NCBI GenBank assembly: GCA_965246715.1
Contig: CBDFFH010000034.1
Coordinates: forward strand, 32,001 to 96,000
Direction: 5' to 3'
Source of the DNA: Chamaesiphon sp.
GTDB lineage: Bacteria > Cyanobacteriota > Cyanobacteriia > Cyanobacteriales > Chamaesiphonaceae
Length of the DNA stretch: 64,000 nt
Position 1 is the stretch's first letter. Each line of letters begins with the position of its first letter. Positions 62,125 through 64,000 of this stretch are shown here, piece by piece. The notes beneath the pieces were generated by a model. The model saw nothing but the letters and a program-made list of their open reading frames with translations. It was not told where the DNA came from and made no database searches. A program made the position numbers and the translations under genes.

Positions 62125-62739
62125 CTACCACAGTTGCCACCATGACTTGCCACCGCACCAAGAAACACCAGCGGTAAATTGCCGACCACTTGCAGTGGTG
62201 CCTGTATAAGCCCAATAAACGCCAGAATTGCTGTGATTATTGGGATCTGTAACCGATCGACCGGGTTCGAGCCAACCATTGCGATCTAGATCGTACCACT
62301 CTTGAAATTGCTGAGCGCTGAAAAAGCCGCCAGTAATTGAGTGCAAAACTAAGACATTACCTTTGCGGATATATGCGCCAAATCGATCGATCCGGATCTT
62401 CTCAGTCGATCGATTGGTAATAGTTGTGGAATAGTAGGGTTTGTGGCGGTGTTTACGCTCGCTGTAATGCGCGATCTCCAGTAGACTATTCCCGATCTTT
62501 AACGCTGACAAATCGATGGTTGCAAAAATCAGATCGATATTTTTGTCAAATTTAGGCTGCTGTTCGACAGCAACTTCGATAGTTTGTGGCTCGACTTCGA
62601 TGATTTGGGACGCGGTACTTGCTGAACTGCGCCAAAGCTGCATTTTCTCCAGATCGATCGTGCCGAGCATCCCCGGTTTATCGGTGGTCAGTCGATCGTC
62701 GAGGTTTGACTTGCGTTCTGTTTGCAGTTGCTCGTTCAT
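62125..62739 (-). CDS. Hypothetical protein
   Basis: Long ORF, likely start MNEQL at 62739; C-terminal beta-rich domain ending KSWWQLW. Confidence 0.65.
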   Translation of the reverse strand: MNEQLQTERKSNLDDRLTTDKPGMLGTIDLEKMQLWRSSASTASQIIEVEPQTIEVAVEQQPKFDKNIDLIFATIDLSALKIGNSLLEIAHYSERKHRHKPYYSTTITNRSTEKIRIDRFGAYIRKGNVLVLHSITGGFFSAQQFQEWYDLDRNGWLEPGRSVTDPNNHSNSGVYWAYTGTTASGRQFTAGVSWCGGKSWWQLW

Positions 62740-62993
62740 TAATTGACTACCTAATCTACCGATATTCTGGGTTGTAGATTTAACATACCCACAAAATATC
62801 GATCGATTGCAGCTACCAGCAAGAAAGTCTTCACTCAGGAATGCGATCGAGGGAGCGCACATACCAGAGAACCGAAAAATGTCAATGATGCGACAATAAG
62901 TGATGTTTAGTTCGCGCCATCTCTGGGTACGCTAGAGCTACTCACATCTTGGATCGAAACAAAGTTATTAGTGCTTTAGTGGTTCGTGGCTAG

Positions 62994-63085
62994 CGATGCG
63001 CGCTCCGTCTGTGCCTACGGCAGGCTTACGCCAACGACACGCCTCGCTTCGCTCGTCTACGGGTTCCCCGAGGGTTTAGCGATCG
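62994..63085. repeat. Small dispersed repeat with nested inserts (family CGATGCGCGCTC..CGGGTTCCCCGA.GGTTTAG)
   Basis: Same family near 6970-7005 (reverse) and 33870-33905; this copy is interrupted by a hairpin unit ending GCTTACGCCAACG. Confidence 0.55.
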
Positions 63086-63558
63086 AGACAGTGGCTAGTT
63101 TTAGTAATCATGAGTACGTTTTGTGGTGATTTCACCAATTTTTATGTACTAGTGCAAGATGTGAGGCAATCGATTAAGCAGATCGCTTTCTAGATAACAC
63201 ATATAGCTCGATCGAGTTATCGCCCATTTTGTATATATTGTCACAATTACTGTTGCGAGGTACACTTAAAGTTTACTCTTAGCTAGATAAAAATGATTTG
63301 CACTTAATAGTTACACTCTATAATAAAGGTCATCTCAATCGACGATCTGAGTAAGCTAACTGTATCGTGATTATCAGTTTTGCATCCAGTATGCAGATTA
63401 AGCTAAGTTGCGAATAGTGCGCCTAAGCTCTGACAATGCGGATCGAAATTATGGCGATCGATCTGGAGATAGAAGAGCTACCTTCGACAGTCACTCAGCT
63501 TGAGTCTGAGGATGTCAATGTAAATGTCCTAAAGTTAAATGTGAGGAGAATCGCCCGA

Positions 63559-64000
63559 ATGTCATCAATATTTTGGAAATCTGTATTTATTAGTCCTGTA
63601 GTTTTGGGCATGTCTGTCTTGCTATCCACAGGGGTAATGGCAGCACCAAAACACAACGGAACCGCTACCCCAGCAGTAACTGGTACAGCTAACGACTTAA
63701 TTTTAAACAAAGCTAGTGGTGCTAATTCTGTCAAACTTGCTGCTGGTGAACCAGCTCCCGCAACGACGACTCCAGCGACCACCACACCAGAAGTCGCCGA
63801 TATTATCAAGCCTAGCGATTGGCAATATACCGCCCTTCAAGGTATCGCTGCTAAATATGGTTGTAATCCTAATTTCAACAACCAGCCCGTTTCGCAAACC
63901 GAATTTGCGCGGGGTCTGAATACTTGTCTCAATAGAGTCGAAACAAGTATCGCACTGGAACAAAAGCCAAAATATCCTCCTTCCACGACTCCTCCAGCGC
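63559..64000 (+). CDS. Cyanobacterial SLH-domain porin (SomA/iron-uptake porin family), partial
   Basis: RBS GAGGAG, signal peptide MSSIFWKSVFISPVVLG, IKPSDWQYTALQGIAAKYGC...EFARGLNTCL SLH-like motif; runs off the window end. Confidence 0.8.
   Translation, partial: MSSIFWKSVFISPVVLGMSVLLSTGVMAAPKHNGTATPAVTGTANDLILNKASGANSVKLAAGEPAPATTTPATTTPEVADIIKPSDWQYTALQGIAAKYGCNPNFNNQPVSQTEFARGLNTCLNRVETSIALEQKPKYPPSTTPPA

Noticed and set aside
63495..63963. Short antisense and alternative-frame ORFs at the window end
   Set aside because: Shadows of the porin CDS starting at 63559

Overview
Cyanobacterial chromosome segment. Evidence: ndhD, ndhP, psbI and Ycf49-like genes, plus very dense CGATCG/HIP1-type sites; a Chamaesiphon-like host is my inference. 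The window has housekeeping genes (secDF, pdhB, folK, tldD/tldE, rsmB), a three-gene NRPS cluster hit by two fresh IS insertions (ISAs1 and IS1, both with intact target duplications) and a PknG-like kinase. It also has a complete type I-B (MYXAN/I-B2-like) CRISPR-Cas locus: WYL regulator, cas6-cas3-cas8-cas7-cas5, Uma2, cas4/1, cas2 and a 35-repeat array. The most striking unannotated signal lies between the WYL gene and cas6: a degenerate repeat-spacer-repeat unit. Its spacer matches the DNA next to the -35 box of the promoter for a small coiled-coil ORF and the cas6-cas5 operon (16/18, mismatches only at positions 6 and 12, ATG PAM). This looks like a Cascade-guided autorepression or CRISPR-regulated toxin module. 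A second layer is suggested by an identical 23-bp palindromic site in front of the WYL gene and cas4/1. Also found: an IsaR1-like sRNA behind a Fur-box promoter, in-frame 24-nt hairpin insertions in CGATCG sites of cas5 and an NRPS, and modular REP-like elements. All calls come from reading the sequence; no searches were run.
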